Positions 46,725-56,844 of a stretch of 64,000 bases of DNA are shown piece by piece. The notes below the pieces were generated by a model, which did not search any database, had not been told where the DNA came from, and saw only the letters and a list, made by a program, of their open reading frames with translations. How positions within the stretch are numbered: the stretch's first letter is position 1; the number at the start of each line of letters is the position of its first letter. A program made the translations under genes and the position numbers. Source of the DNA: a virus; the IMG/VR virus record IMGVR_UViG_3300042444_000045, positions 53,769 through 117,768 of that record. The stretch is one strand, 5' to 3'.

Positions 46725-47042
46725 ATGAAAGTGTTAGGAAAACTATTTAACAGAGGGAAGAGTTACAAAGCAGACCAAAAGTTTGAGGTACTGCTTATTG
46801 AAGAAGATTCGTGCTTATTGAATGAAGCACTGGGAATCTCTGAAGAAAGGCACAAAGAGATTATTACATTCTCTGTAGATGCATTTAAAGAAGGTGAGAG
46901 ATATACTGACTCCTGCAAGATTGCAATAGAAAAGTGTAACCACATTAATGAGGTTATTCTTGCTATGACTACGTTGGCTAAAGTGAAGACAATGGCTGAT
47001 GATCCACTTGCTTATTTGCTTTCTAAACTTGAGGAAGAATGA
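46725..47042 (+). CDS. Hypothetical protein
   Basis: ORF track. Confidence 0.5.
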   Translation: MKVLGKLFNRGKSYKADQKFEVLLIEEDSCLLNEALGISEERHKEIITFSVDAFKEGERYTDSCKIAIEKCNHINEVILAMTTLAKVKTMADDPLAYLLSKLEEE

Positions 47043-47251
47043 AAATCTTTACATCAGTACTAGGGTTTAACTTTAATGTTACCATAGTAGATAATGAGGG
47101 CAATCCATTGAGAACAGGCGCAAGAGTTATTGTGCCTGTAAATATGGACCCTCCCAATGTAGGAACAAAGATTGGTGGCCAAAGTTGGTTCACCAATTAT
47201 GATGAGCAGTTGTTAAACAAAATTAGAGATTATAGGAGGAGAAATGACTAA
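47039..47251 (+). CDS. Hypothetical protein
   Basis: ORF track; overlapping start/stop with neighbours. Confidence 0.5.
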   Translation: MKIFTSVLGFNFNVTIVDNEGNPLRTGARVIVPVNMDPPNVGTKIGGQSWFTNYDEQLLNKIRDYRRRND

Positions 47252-47672
47252 GATTCACTTACAATTAGATGAAACTGATTTGTATAATGCTCTAAGGGGT
47301 ATTATCAAACATGCAAATGCAGATGAGATAGCCAGAGTACTAGCCCATTGTATTGGTTACTCTGATAATGCATCAAATATATTCTTCAAGACCTATCTTG
47401 GTGATGTTGCACCTAGAGTATTACCGGAGGGTACTATGATCAAGGTATTTGCTTCTGGTATTAGTTACAAGACCAAGGTAGAGCAAATGAAAGAAAAGGG
47501 TCTCATTGATGGAGCCGGTAATTGTACTGCATTCATTAAGGAGTTTAGAGGCTTTCACGATAGTACTACATACTATATAACATTTACCAATGTTAATGAA
47601 GATGGTAATACATACCAAGACACTGGTTTTATTAGTTATAAGGATGTAATAGAAGTTATTGAAGAGTTTTAA
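47244..47672 (+). CDS. Hypothetical protein
   Basis: ORF track; terminator agggg-ctttcggg-ccccttt at 47716-47736. Confidence 0.5.
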   Translation: MTKIHLQLDETDLYNALRGIIKHANADEIARVLAHCIGYSDNASNIFFKTYLGDVAPRVLPEGTMIKVFASGISYKTKVEQMKEKGLIDGAGNCTAFIKEFRGFHDSTTYYITFTNVNEDGNTYQDTGFISYKDVIEVIEEF

Positions 47673-47825
47673 GATAGTATATCTGTTGATATGCTTTTCC
47701 TAACCAAAGAATACCAGGGGCTTTCGGGCCCCTTTATTCTTGTTTAGCTATATAGTACAACTTTTCTGCATCTAGTTGATATACAATAGAATATTATTCA
47801 TGTATATTTACTAAAGATATAGAAG

Positions 47826-48098
47826 ATGTATTACCAGTTATCAAATGGAAAAGTAGTTAAACTGTCTCTAGAGGAGTTTCTAGAGCTAACTGATGCTGAT
47901 GTACAGTTCTTAATGTCTATTGACTATGGTGACCACATAATTGACCCGTTCCATGGGTCTGCTGTAGAGAAAACCTCACACAAAGAATATGATTTTTCAT
48001 TCTTATCAAGTGATGATGATATTTCTCTAGACAGCATTGCCTCAGATGATACACCATTTGATGATCTTATAGATCTATCTGAGGACACAGATTTGTAA
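47826..48098 (+). CDS. Highly acidic small protein
   Basis: D/E-rich C-terminus; TGTATATT box at 47801. Confidence 0.55.
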   Translation: MYYQLSNGKVVKLSLEEFLELTDADVQFLMSIDYGDHIIDPFHGSAVEKTSHKEYDFSFLSSDDDISLDSIASDDTPFDDLIDLSEDTDL

Positions 48099-48125
48099 TT
48101 TTTTTATTTATTTAATGTTTACTAT

Positions 48126-48599
48126 ATGGATTCTAAAGTCTATGTTGTAGGAGATCCTACGACCAAAGCTGTTGTTGAACAGTCTAAAAACAACCCTGAT
48201 TATGGATATGTAAAAGTTGTCCAATCAAGATCAATGGTAGGTGCAGATGGTTTCTACCGTAAGATGGAAGTGCCTGCACTTATTCATGGTTTTACATCTG
48301 ATCTAGTGCATGCAGGATACTATGCAGGTCAAGAACTCCCTGGTAGAGTTGTAATTAAAGAGTCATTGACTCCATTTAATGTAGCTGAACCACACAGAGA
48401 TCTTAAGATTGCTGGTACATCCGGTGTTACATGTACAGTGAATAGTCAGCCTATTTATAGAAAGACTATTTATACTGAGGTAGCTTCAGTAGAAGAGACT
48501 CTGATTGCTCATGATAATATTGATGAGATACGTGCTGCAAATCAGAGAGCAAGTAGTAATAAAACATTGAAACCCCAAGAAGATTTTGATCTGAAGTAG
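48126..48599 (+). CDS. Conserved hypothetical (OB-fold/SSB-like candidate)
   Basis: SKNNPDYGYVKVVQ...ELPGRVVIKESLTPF...PIYRKT; terminator at 48622-48649. Confidence 0.45.
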   Translation: MDSKVYVVGDPTTKAVVEQSKNNPDYGYVKVVQSRSMVGADGFYRKMEVPALIHGFTSDLVHAGYYAGQELPGRVVIKESLTPFNVAEPHRDLKIAGTSGVTCTVNSQPIYRKTIYTEVASVEETLIAHDNIDEIRAANQRASSNKTLKPQEDFDLK

Positions 48600-48651
48600 T
48601 TTCAATTTATTGATTGATAAGATGGGGGGTCAATAGCTCCCCATTTTTTGT

Positions 48652-49155
48652 ATGATTAAACCAATGTATATTATGGAAAAGCTTAAAAAACAGGTGAGAA
48701 ATTACCAATTGTACGCAGGTAAAACCTATGTACAGTATGAATCTGATGGCTACTCAGCCTATCAGAACTATCTCTATAAGAGAGCACTCTATGGTTTAGA
48801 TGCTCTTACAGAGAAAGAACTTGCTACTATGTGTAGTAAGAAGAAACAAAGAATAATTAATGTTTACAAGCGTGCACAGGTTACACTTAATAAGTTTAAG
48901 CAGCAGCTGACCATTAGATATTCTAACTTAATCTTTGAAACTCTGTTTCCAAACAGTCCAATGACACAGTTCTTATTGGCTGATACTGAGACAGATGAGA
49001 AGTTTAAGAACACTTTAACTTTTAAAGATTTAGGTATTGAGAAGCAAGATATTATTGCTATCTTTATTGCTGAAGGTATTCTTCCAAAGAACTTTTTGGA
49101 CCTAAAAGATGCCCCAGTCACCTTACCTAGATTGAAGAATGAAGTCAAAGCTTAA
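48652..49155 (+). CDS. Conserved hypothetical protein
   Basis: ORF track. Confidence 0.5.
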   Translation: MIKPMYIMEKLKKQVRNYQLYAGKTYVQYESDGYSAYQNYLYKRALYGLDALTEKELATMCSKKKQRIINVYKRAQVTLNKFKQQLTIRYSNLIFETLFPNSPMTQFLLADTETDEKFKNTLTFKDLGIEKQDIIAIFIAEGILPKNFLDLKDAPVTLPRLKNEVKA

Positions 49156-49549
49156 AGAATGTGATGCCTGTGGTAAACAGAGTGTCATATGGAAGAACCA
49201 TGAGGGATTTAAGTACTGTAAATATTGTTGGAGTTGCCAAAAAGCCATTAATAGTGACAGTTCACAGAAACCAAATGATTATAAGATCCCTCAGGTCTCT
49301 TCTAAAAGGAAAAAGCAAGATGCAGAGTATCTCAAGCTGAGAGAAAGGTTTCTTACTGAGAATCCAATATGTCAAATCTCTGTGGCCGGCTGTGGTAATG
49401 GTGCAACTGATGTTCACCACACCTATGCCGGATCCAACAGGGAAGCATTTTATTTAATTCAATCCACTTGGAAAGCAACATGCAGAAATTGCCATGACTG
49501 GGTCCACAGCCACCCGTCAGAAGCTAGAATACTAGGCTGGTTAAAATGA
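49139..49549 (+). CDS. HNH-like nuclease with Zn motifs
   Basis: CDAC, CKYC, C..C...ATDVHH...CRNCHDWVH. Confidence 0.65.
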   Translation: MKSKLKECDACGKQSVIWKNHEGFKYCKYCWSCQKAINSDSSQKPNDYKIPQVSSKRKKQDAEYLKLRERFLTENPICQISVAGCGNGATDVHHTYAGSNREAFYLIQSTWKATCRNCHDWVHSHPSEARILGWLK

Positions 49550-49571
49550 TTTATTTACTGATTTAAAACTT

Positions 49572-50318
49572 ATGATTATGAATATGATTGGAAAAGAACT
49601 TAAAGTTAAGCACACAAACACTTATGCAAAATTCTCTATTCTACCTATGAACAGAGGTATTGACAGTAAGCATGTGCAGAAGATGATTACTAGTATCCGC
49701 AAGATGGGTGTTATTAGATGTGTTATTGCATGTACTACAAACATTATTGAGGGAGAAGAGAAAACTTACATTATTGATGGTCAGCATTTAGCTACTGCAT
49801 TAGAGAGAGAAGGTCAACCAATTCCTTACATTGAGATTACTGTTAACTCTGAAGAAGACTTAATTGAGAAGATGGCATATCTTAATAATTCATCTAAGTC
49901 TTGGGACTTGATGAACTATATCAATGCCTGGAAAATGATCCGTCCGGATTATATGAAGTTGTTCAAGTGGAAGAACATGTATGACATTGAGATTTCTATG
50001 TTAGCATGTATTGCTACTAACATGCCTTCAATTAGATTTGGTACACAACCTATTAAGAATGGTACATTTCAGATCAGCAATCCAAAAGCAGAAGATATGT
50101 GTAAAGCATTCAATGATATCTTCTTAAAAATTGGTATGGCTGATAGAGGTGTTAAGTTTCAGTTCTTGAATGCATTTATGCAGGCTTATAATCCAACTTA
50201 CAGTCATTCTAAAGTTATGGCTGCTATTGATAAGCACATGAAGACTGTTAAACTCATGTCCAGTGGAGATGAAACTGGTGTATATATTAGAAAACAAATA
50301 TTTAAACTTCCAAAGTAA
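49572..50318 (+). CDS. ParB/Srx N-terminal-like domain protein
   Basis: NRGIDSKHV...IIDGQH..A...LNNSSKSW. Confidence 0.65.
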   Translation: MIMNMIGKELKVKHTNTYAKFSILPMNRGIDSKHVQKMITSIRKMGVIRCVIACTTNIIEGEEKTYIIDGQHLATALEREGQPIPYIEITVNSEEDLIEKMAYLNNSSKSWDLMNYINAWKMIRPDYMKLFKWKNMYDIEISMLACIATNMPSIRFGTQPIKNGTFQISNPKAEDMCKAFNDIFLKIGMADRGVKFQFLNAFMQAYNPTYSHSKVMAAIDKHMKTVKLMSSGDETGVYIRKQIFKLPK

Positions 50319-51409
50319 TGACAAGAGAAGAGATTCAAGAAGAAGCATTAAAAGCAACAGAAGGGAGGCGGAAATGTTCCGTAGTATTAGGCACAGGGGT
50401 CGGTAAGACCCTTGTTGGCCTATTACATATTGAGAAGAATACTAGTGAGCTACATAATGTACTAGTAATAGCTCCTAAGAAATCTATCTTTCAGTCTTGG
50501 TCTGATGATGCTGTAAAGTTTGGTAAACAAGATTTGTTAAAGAGAATTACTTTCTCTACATACATTGGTCTACCTAAGCGTGATCCAAATGAGTATGACT
50601 ACATCTATCTTGACGAGTGCCATTCACTTCTTGACTCTCATAGAGTTTTCCTTGATGTGTATAAAGGTGGAATCCTGGGTTTAACTGGGACTCCACCCAA
50701 GCACAGGAGTTCTGAGAAGGGTATGATGGTATCACAGTTCTGTCCTGTAGTTTATACTTTTAAAGCTGATGATGCAATTGATAATGGTATTATTAATGAT
50801 TACCAAATCATTGTACATGAGCTCAAATTAGATGAGTGTAAGAATTATCAGGTACAGATGAAGACTAAGTCTTTTGTTACCTCAGAGAAACAAAACTATC
50901 AGTACTGGGGTAATAGAATAGATATTGGAGCTGGGCCTATTCAGATGCTCAGAGTTATGCGGATGAAGGCTATGATGGAGTATCCAAGTAAGGAGAAGTA
51001 TACTAAGAAGTTAATGGAAAGCATTAACACTAAGTGTATTGTCTTTGCTAATACTCAAGAACAGGCCGACAGACTTTGTAGGTTTAGTTATCACAGTGGT
51101 AATCCTAACTCTGAGGAAAATCTAAATGCTTTTAAGGAGGGTAGGATGAATAAACTATCATGTGTACTGCAGTTGAATGAGGGTATTAACATACCAGAAC
51201 TGAGACAAGGTATTATCATGCATGCTTATGGTAATGAAAGAAAGGCCAGCCAGAGAATTGGTAGGTTACTCCGTTTGAATCCTGATGAGAAGGCTATTGT
51301 ACATATACTGTGTTACATGAACACAGTAGATGAGAAATGGGTAAAAGATGCATTAGAGTCCTTTGACCAGAGCAAGATAGTGTGGAGAGAATATGATGTA
51401 AAATCTTAA
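50318..51409 (+). CDS. Superfamily 2 DNA helicase
   Basis: GTGVGKT, DECH, GLTGT, EGINIP, QRIGRLLR. Confidence 0.9.
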   Translation: MTREEIQEEALKATEGRRKCSVVLGTGVGKTLVGLLHIEKNTSELHNVLVIAPKKSIFQSWSDDAVKFGKQDLLKRITFSTYIGLPKRDPNEYDYIYLDECHSLLDSHRVFLDVYKGGILGLTGTPPKHRSSEKGMMVSQFCPVVYTFKADDAIDNGIINDYQIIVHELKLDECKNYQVQMKTKSFVTSEKQNYQYWGNRIDIGAGPIQMLRVMRMKAMMEYPSKEKYTKKLMESINTKCIVFANTQEQADRLCRFSYHSGNPNSEENLNAFKEGRMNKLSCVLQLNEGINIPELRQGIIMHAYGNERKASQRIGRLLRLNPDEKAIVHILCYMNTVDEKWVKDALESFDQSKIVWREYDVKS

Positions 51410-51418
51410 TTTAGTAGA

Positions 51419-51673
51419 ATGGAACTACCTGATGATCATAAGTTGATATTATTTAATGATGATGAGCATAGCTTTGCATATGTTATGGCTTGTCTCATAA
51501 AGTTCTGTGGTCATGAGCCACAACAAGCTGAACAATGTGCTTTAGTAGCTGATCTAGCAGGTCAATGTACCATAAAGCACGGTTGTTGGGCACAGATTTC
51601 TACAATGCTAGAGTTTCTACAGGGTGTAGGTCTAAATGTCAAAATGGAATCACATGAAGGTGATATGCATTGA
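51419..51673 (+). CDS. clpS: ClpS-like protease adaptor
   Basis: LILFNDDEHSFAYVMACLIKFCGH...AEQCALVADLAGQCTIKHG. Confidence 0.75.
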   Translation: MELPDDHKLILFNDDEHSFAYVMACLIKFCGHEPQQAEQCALVADLAGQCTIKHGCWAQISTMLEFLQGVGLNVKMESHEGDMH

Positions 51674-51923
51674 TAGCAGTAATAGACCTGCTAAGATTCC
51701 AATTGAACAGTGGATCAAACAAGGAGAAACTTATACTATTATCAAAATAGTAAAAATGGGACTACAGGATGGCAGATATGGTGTGCTTCTTAAAGAAGTA
51801 CAAATGTCTGCTGACTGTTTTCCATATGAGTACTATGATGCTGATAGATTTATTCCTCTAGATACCAGAGTTCTTAATATGGAAGAAGAAACAGTTAAAG
51901 AAGCTGACTTAGAATTAATTTAA
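51636..51923 (+). CDS. Hypothetical SH3-like protein
   Basis: MKVICID...WIKQGETYTII...YDADRFIP. Confidence 0.5.
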   Translation: MSKWNHMKVICIDSSNRPAKIPIEQWIKQGETYTIIKIVKMGLQDGRYGVLLKEVQMSADCFPYEYYDADRFIPLDTRVLNMEEETVKEADLELI

Positions 51924-51925
51924 TT

Positions 51926-52360
51926 ATGGAAGATTATACAAAGGAGGAAGTTCTAAAAGAACTTAGTTCTTTAGACCAAAAGACCCGTAAGAGAAATGTT
52001 GTTGACCAAAGAAGCTACTTAATTGGTATTCTACACCAAAAATTTGGTCTATCAGAACATGCAATTGCAAAATTAACAGGACTTAAAAGAGAAAAAGTAA
52101 ACTACAATAGAAGGTTACCGGTTCAATTTAAAGATGATGCTGCATATAAAAAAAATGTATATGTATATGCTCAATTGTTTCCTTTTGACTTTAGTAAAAG
52201 TTATGCTATTAAATCACAAAGACAGAAAACAATACAAATAACTGTTGATGATAAACTATTTAAAAAGTTGACTCTAGTTAGAGACTTATTTGGGCACAAA
52301 GATGTTAGAACTACAGTTGCACATTTACTTGAAAAATCTATGAAATTATGGGCAGAATGA
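51926..52360 (+). CDS. HTH DNA-binding protein
   Basis: RKRNVVDQRSYL...GLSEHAIAKLTGLKREKVNY. Confidence 0.5.
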   Translation: MEDYTKEEVLKELSSLDQKTRKRNVVDQRSYLIGILHQKFGLSEHAIAKLTGLKREKVNYNRRLPVQFKDDAAYKKNVYVYAQLFPFDFSKSYAIKSQRQKTIQITVDDKLFKKLTLVRDLFGHKDVRTTVAHLLEKSMKLWAE

Positions 52361-52970
52361 AAGAAATATACATGCGTGTCATGCATGAAAATAATGGTCA
52401 GGTTCCAGAAGAAATGACTATTGCAGATATGGCTCACATGAAAGAATTAGAAATTTATAATTGGGAAGAGTATGAAAGAGAACAAGAGAAAATTAGAGTA
52501 TTCAGAAGTAAACAAGAGAATTCAAGAGAGATTGTCAAAGTTGCACAAACAAGAGAATACTGGGAAAAAGAACTCTATGCGGGTAAAATTAGGAGACTTA
52601 AAAAGGATTAACAATGAAGAAGGTGACTAGTAGAAGTTTGAATAATATGGTTGTGCTCTCCATGGGTATGATTATAGGTATGTTTGTAATAGGTCTTACA
52701 AAGCCTAGGTACAACAAAGTTAAGACTGTTTATACTTATGTAAAGGTTCCGGATTGGAGTTCTGAGAAGAATCCTAGAAAGATTGCATACTATGAGCACC
52801 TGGCAAGATGAAACACTTTATTAAATATACCTTGGTATGGATAAGCCAAAACTTGTCCATACCTTTTTGGATGGTGGGTCATGTACACTTAAGTGTAAAT
52901 GTCTATCAAGACATACATGAAATACTTATGTCCTTGGGTATGAATATAATTGTGGCAGTAGGATTTATTA

Positions 52971-53381
52971 TTGATTATAAAGATTCAAAAAATGATAACA
53001 ATATTTAGAGGAGCATATTTGCTTATGTTAAGTTACAATCCCTGTGATGTATTTACTTACTTTAATGTAGAAGGAACTCATGGTCTTAATATTATAGACT
53101 GTGAAGCACACCCAAACACAACAGATAGTGCATACATAGCAGGTTGGAGTAATTTTATACCTAAAGAATCTGGTGAGTATACAGATGATGACCCAAGATT
53201 TGTGTTTATTAATCTTTCAAGATGTACAGATTCAGTCAGTACTTTTGGATTGATAATGCATGAGTTAATGCATCAATCATTTGCATTACATAACTTTGAT
53301 GTAGATAAAGAAGAAGAAATTATTACATGGGCAGAAGAAGAAGCTTATGAAGTATTTAAAATTGTTCAAAATGAAAAATAA
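52971..53381 (+). CDS. HExxH zinc metallopeptidase-like protein
   Basis: LIMHELMHQSF...EEEIITW. Confidence 0.55.
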   Translation: MIIKIQKMITIFRGAYLLMLSYNPCDVFTYFNVEGTHGLNIIDCEAHPNTTDSAYIAGWSNFIPKESGEYTDDDPRFVFINLSRCTDSVSTFGLIMHELMHQSFALHNFDVDKEEEIITWAEEEAYEVFKIVQNEK

Positions 53382-53813
53382 AGCAGGAGTAGTTCTAATA
53401 ACATTACTACCAATTATATTATGGGGATTAGCCCTTTTTGGAGAAATTAGATGCATATACAAAATGTGTACATGCAATTGGGAACCGGTTGGTAAAGCTG
53501 AGATAGTTTATACTGTAGGTACATTTACAGGTGCAGGCGTTGTAATTGGATATCTTAATATTGAAGATAAGTGAAAACCTTTAAACAACAAGAACAATGA
53601 AACTAAACAAAGACGACCGTAGAGAGGAGATGAATGGTTATGGAACTATAATCCTAGCAGGAGTATTATCATTAGTATTTATTGGTGTGCTACTATGTGC
53701 ACTTTTTAATTTATTTTAACATGGAAAACTATCCAAAATGGGTAAACAATCTTGTTTACTTTTTAGCCGGAATTGGCTTTGGTCATATTTTATTTAATTT
53801 TATACTCTAAGTT

Positions 53814-54005
53814 ATGCCTGATTTAACAATGTGTGAGGGTGCTGATTGTCCATTAAGGGAGACATGCTATAGATATAAAGCTACAGAAAGTGAATTTAGA
53901 CAGTCATATTTCTCTGATCTGCCTTATAATAAAGAAGAAGAGAAATGTGATTATTATTTTCCAACTAAACTTATGGACAATGGGAAAAATAATACTAGAA
54001 TTTGA
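53814..54005 (+). CDS. Small Cys-containing phage protein
   Basis: MPDLTMCEGADCPLRETCYRY...QSYF...CDYY. Confidence 0.55.
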   Translation: MPDLTMCEGADCPLRETCYRYKATESEFRQSYFSDLPYNKEEEKCDYYFPTKLMDNGKNNTRI

Positions 54006-54441
54006 CTCTTCTGAGGAAAAAGATGATGCTAGAACAGCACTAGATGCCTATAAATGGAGAGGTGTTGCTTGGGATCTTGATCAAGAACTTAGAAAGGTTG
54101 TTAAGTATGGACGTATTGATAACAGAGAAGCTACTACAGAAGAAATTGAAGCTGCTGAAAAAATGAGAGAAGAATTAAGAAGGATCTTAGAAGATTATAA
54201 CCTAAACCTAGAATGATGAGTGTAAATAAGAAAGACTACAAGATTGTAGAAGTAACACATGGTTTTCAAACCAAGTATGCTGTAAAGAAGAAAGTTTTCT
54301 GGATCTTCTGGAAAACAGTAAAGAACAATGCAGGATTTGATATAGAGTATGATACTAAGAGAGCAGCTCAGTCATATATCAATTTCCTAAAGTGACCAAT
54401 TCTACAGAAATGTTAGGAAAAGTGCAGCGGATTAAGAAATT

Positions 54442-55311
54442 ATGAGTGTTGTAGAAGAAGTCACTAGAAAAAGTATGATTATTAGACCAAGTGGGAGGAG
54501 CACTGATTACATTGCTCCTTCTTTTGGTCATGGCTGTTTGTATAACTGTACTTACTGTTATATGAAGAGACATAAGCCGGAAGGATTGACCATAGCTAAG
54601 AATACTATGGATATCCTGACAGAAATCAATTCCCATGCATTCTTTGCAGATGTAGAGAAACCAAATCAAACTGGAGATTACATTACATATGATATCAGTT
54701 GTAATGAGGACTTTGCTCTACATGCTAAGTATCATGACTGGGAAACAATCTTTAAGTTCTTTAGAGATCATCCACTTGCTATGGGTTCATTTGCTACTAA
54801 GTATGTGAATAGAGATCTACTTGCACTTAATCCTGAGGGTAAAGTTAGAATTAGATTTAGTCTAATGCCAGTTGATTTGCAGAGGGTTCTTGAACCTCAT
54901 ACAAGTAGTATTATTGAAAGACTCATGGCTATACCAATGTTTTTAAATGCTGGTTATGATGTGCACTTAAACTTTAGTCCTGTTATTGTACATGATAATT
55001 GGTTACAGCATTATATGAGCTTGTTTAACACTGTAGACAGAATAGCCAAAACACACGGCTGGGCTGATGATAGAGTTAAAGCTGAAGTAATCTTTTTAAC
55101 TCATAATGAAGAGAAGCATAGATACAATGTGGAACACAAGTTGCCAGGTGAAGAGTTTCTTTGGACACCTAAGATACAAGAAGGTAAGATATCTCAGTAT
55201 GGTGGTAGAAATGTAAGGTATGAGCATAATAGAAAGGCAGACTACATAAAACAGCTTATTCAAATACATGATGGAATCATTCCTTGGAATACCGTCAGAT
55301 ACATCTTTTAA
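54442..55311 (+). CDS. Spore photoproduct lyase-family radical SAM protein
   Basis: APSFGHGCLYNCTYCYMKR (CxxxCxxC), SFATKYVN, RIRFSLMP, LEP.TS.I..RL, GYDVHLNFSPVI, YGG..VRY, RYIF end. Confidence 0.8.
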   Translation: MSVVEEVTRKSMIIRPSGRSTDYIAPSFGHGCLYNCTYCYMKRHKPEGLTIAKNTMDILTEINSHAFFADVEKPNQTGDYITYDISCNEDFALHAKYHDWETIFKFFRDHPLAMGSFATKYVNRDLLALNPEGKVRIRFSLMPVDLQRVLEPHTSSIIERLMAIPMFLNAGYDVHLNFSPVIVHDNWLQHYMSLFNTVDRIAKTHGWADDRVKAEVIFLTHNEEKHRYNVEHKLPGEEFLWTPKIQEGKISQYGGRNVRYEHNRKADYIKQLIQIHDGIIPWNTVRYIF

Positions 55312-55726
55312 AATGGAAAAGAAAATAATGGATGAAATGCTGGCATTGTCAGCAGATATTGCAAAAGAGCATTATGAATTGACAGATAATGTAGATAGAA
55401 ACTTAAACTATCTGTGGTATATGTACCATAAGGGTAGTAAAGTTGGGACATTCCGTCCTTTTGTATACATGGCAGAGTTACAACTGCTGAAGAGAATGGG
55501 CTACATTAATGATGCTGAGATAAAGAACATGATTGCAATGTTAGAATCTTCAGATGAAGAGAACCTACATATGGTTACTCTATCAATTAAGAGCTTTAGA
55601 GATCTAAGAATTCTAGAACATGGTGAGTATAGTAAGGTGAACCAGGTCTATTGGAAGATTGCCAAGGACTATCCACATGAAATACTTAACCATGAAGTAT
55701 TTATGCAGACAATGGCAGCTAAGTAA
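55268..55726 (+). CDS. Hypothetical protein
   Basis: ORF track. Confidence 0.5.
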   Translation: MMESFLGIPSDTSFKMEKKIMDEMLALSADIAKEHYELTDNVDRNLNYLWYMYHKGSKVGTFRPFVYMAELQLLKRMGYINDAEIKNMIAMLESSDEENLHMVTLSIKSFRDLRILEHGEYSKVNQVYWKIAKDYPHEILNHEVFMQTMAAK

Positions 55727-56153
55727 TGGCAAATGTAGTAGTAGAACACATAGTAAAGGAAATAAGATTGGATAATAAGGACATAGAAATTATGAGTCCA
55801 AAAATTATAGCCGGTTATGTGATGTATAAGTACAAGTGTAGTCCTTATTTAGCTAAACAAATTGCTAAAAAATTAACAGATGACAGAAGGTGATTTAACA
55901 AGTCTTGGGTTTAATAAAGTAGAAATTAAACATGAAGACAGTCAAAATGGATATGATTACTACTATTATACCCTTGAGGTATTTAATGGTCTAACTCTTT
56001 GTTCAGTAGACAGTGACAGGATAGATGATGATGGTTGGGTTGTTACCAATATGGAGTGGCCCGAACAGTTTAAACTTCAAACTCCACTTGAGATTGTAAG
56101 TTTTCTTGAAAGTGTAGGCTACCAGAAGTAATAACACATTAAAGAATGAGAAT

Positions 56154-56525
56154 ATGTTTACTGTAAAATTAATTAAACGTGATGGTAAGTTAGTTTACCC
56201 TGATGATAAATCAAAATTGAACTATCAGATTTTCTTAGATAAACTATCTGATGGACAACAAGTTGAGGTGTTTATGGGACTCACATCAGATGATGGTTCT
56301 GTAGCACAATTAGCTAAAGTCCATGCTTGTATACGTGAGTTAGCCAAAGAATCCGGCTACACATTTGATGAAATGAAAACTATTATAAAGCAGCACTCTG
56401 GTCTGTGTTATGACGCAGATGGTGCTGAATACTGTAAGTCTTTTGCAGACTGTAGTAAAATGGAATTAGTACTAGCTATTGAAGCTTGTATACAAATAGG
56501 AAAGGAATTTAACATCAGTTTTTAG
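56154..56525 (+). CDS. NinB/Orf-like hypothetical protein
   Basis: QLAKVHACIRELAKESGYTFDEMK...KSFADCSK.EL. Confidence 0.4.
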   Translation: MFTVKLIKRDGKLVYPDDKSKLNYQIFLDKLSDGQQVEVFMGLTSDDGSVAQLAKVHACIRELAKESGYTFDEMKTIIKQHSGLCYDADGAEYCKSFADCSKMELVLAIEACIQIGKEFNISF

Positions 56526-56820
56526 TCTGATCATCAGGTACATCTACCTCTACATCAGCAAACTGATTATTTTCCACGGCTTGTCTTTCTATCTCTGCTA
56601 GTAAAAGAGTTAGTGTATAGAAAGACTGCTCCCAATGAGTCATATCTTTATAGTCTTTGTCCATCAGGCCCTTAAGAACTTCTTCTTTCTTATTATCAGG
56701 GTTATCAGACACTTTAAATAAGTAGAAGAGCACACTTTTTACCATGAAGTAAAAAGACTTATTAACCTGAACTGATACAAGAGCATCATCTTTGAGCTCC
56801 TTGACTGTAATTTTAGCCAT
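56515..56820 (-). CDS. Lone minus-strand gene within the plus-strand replication arm
   Basis: MAKITVKEL...; TATATTTG box at 56836-56843. Confidence 0.6.
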   Translation of the reverse strand: MAKITVKELKDDALVSVQVNKSFYFMVKSVLFYLFKVSDNPDNKKEEVLKGLMDKDYKDMTHWEQSFYTLTLLLAEIERQAVENNQFADVEVDVPDDQTKN

Positions 56821-56844
56821 TGTAATACTTTTTAACAAATATAC

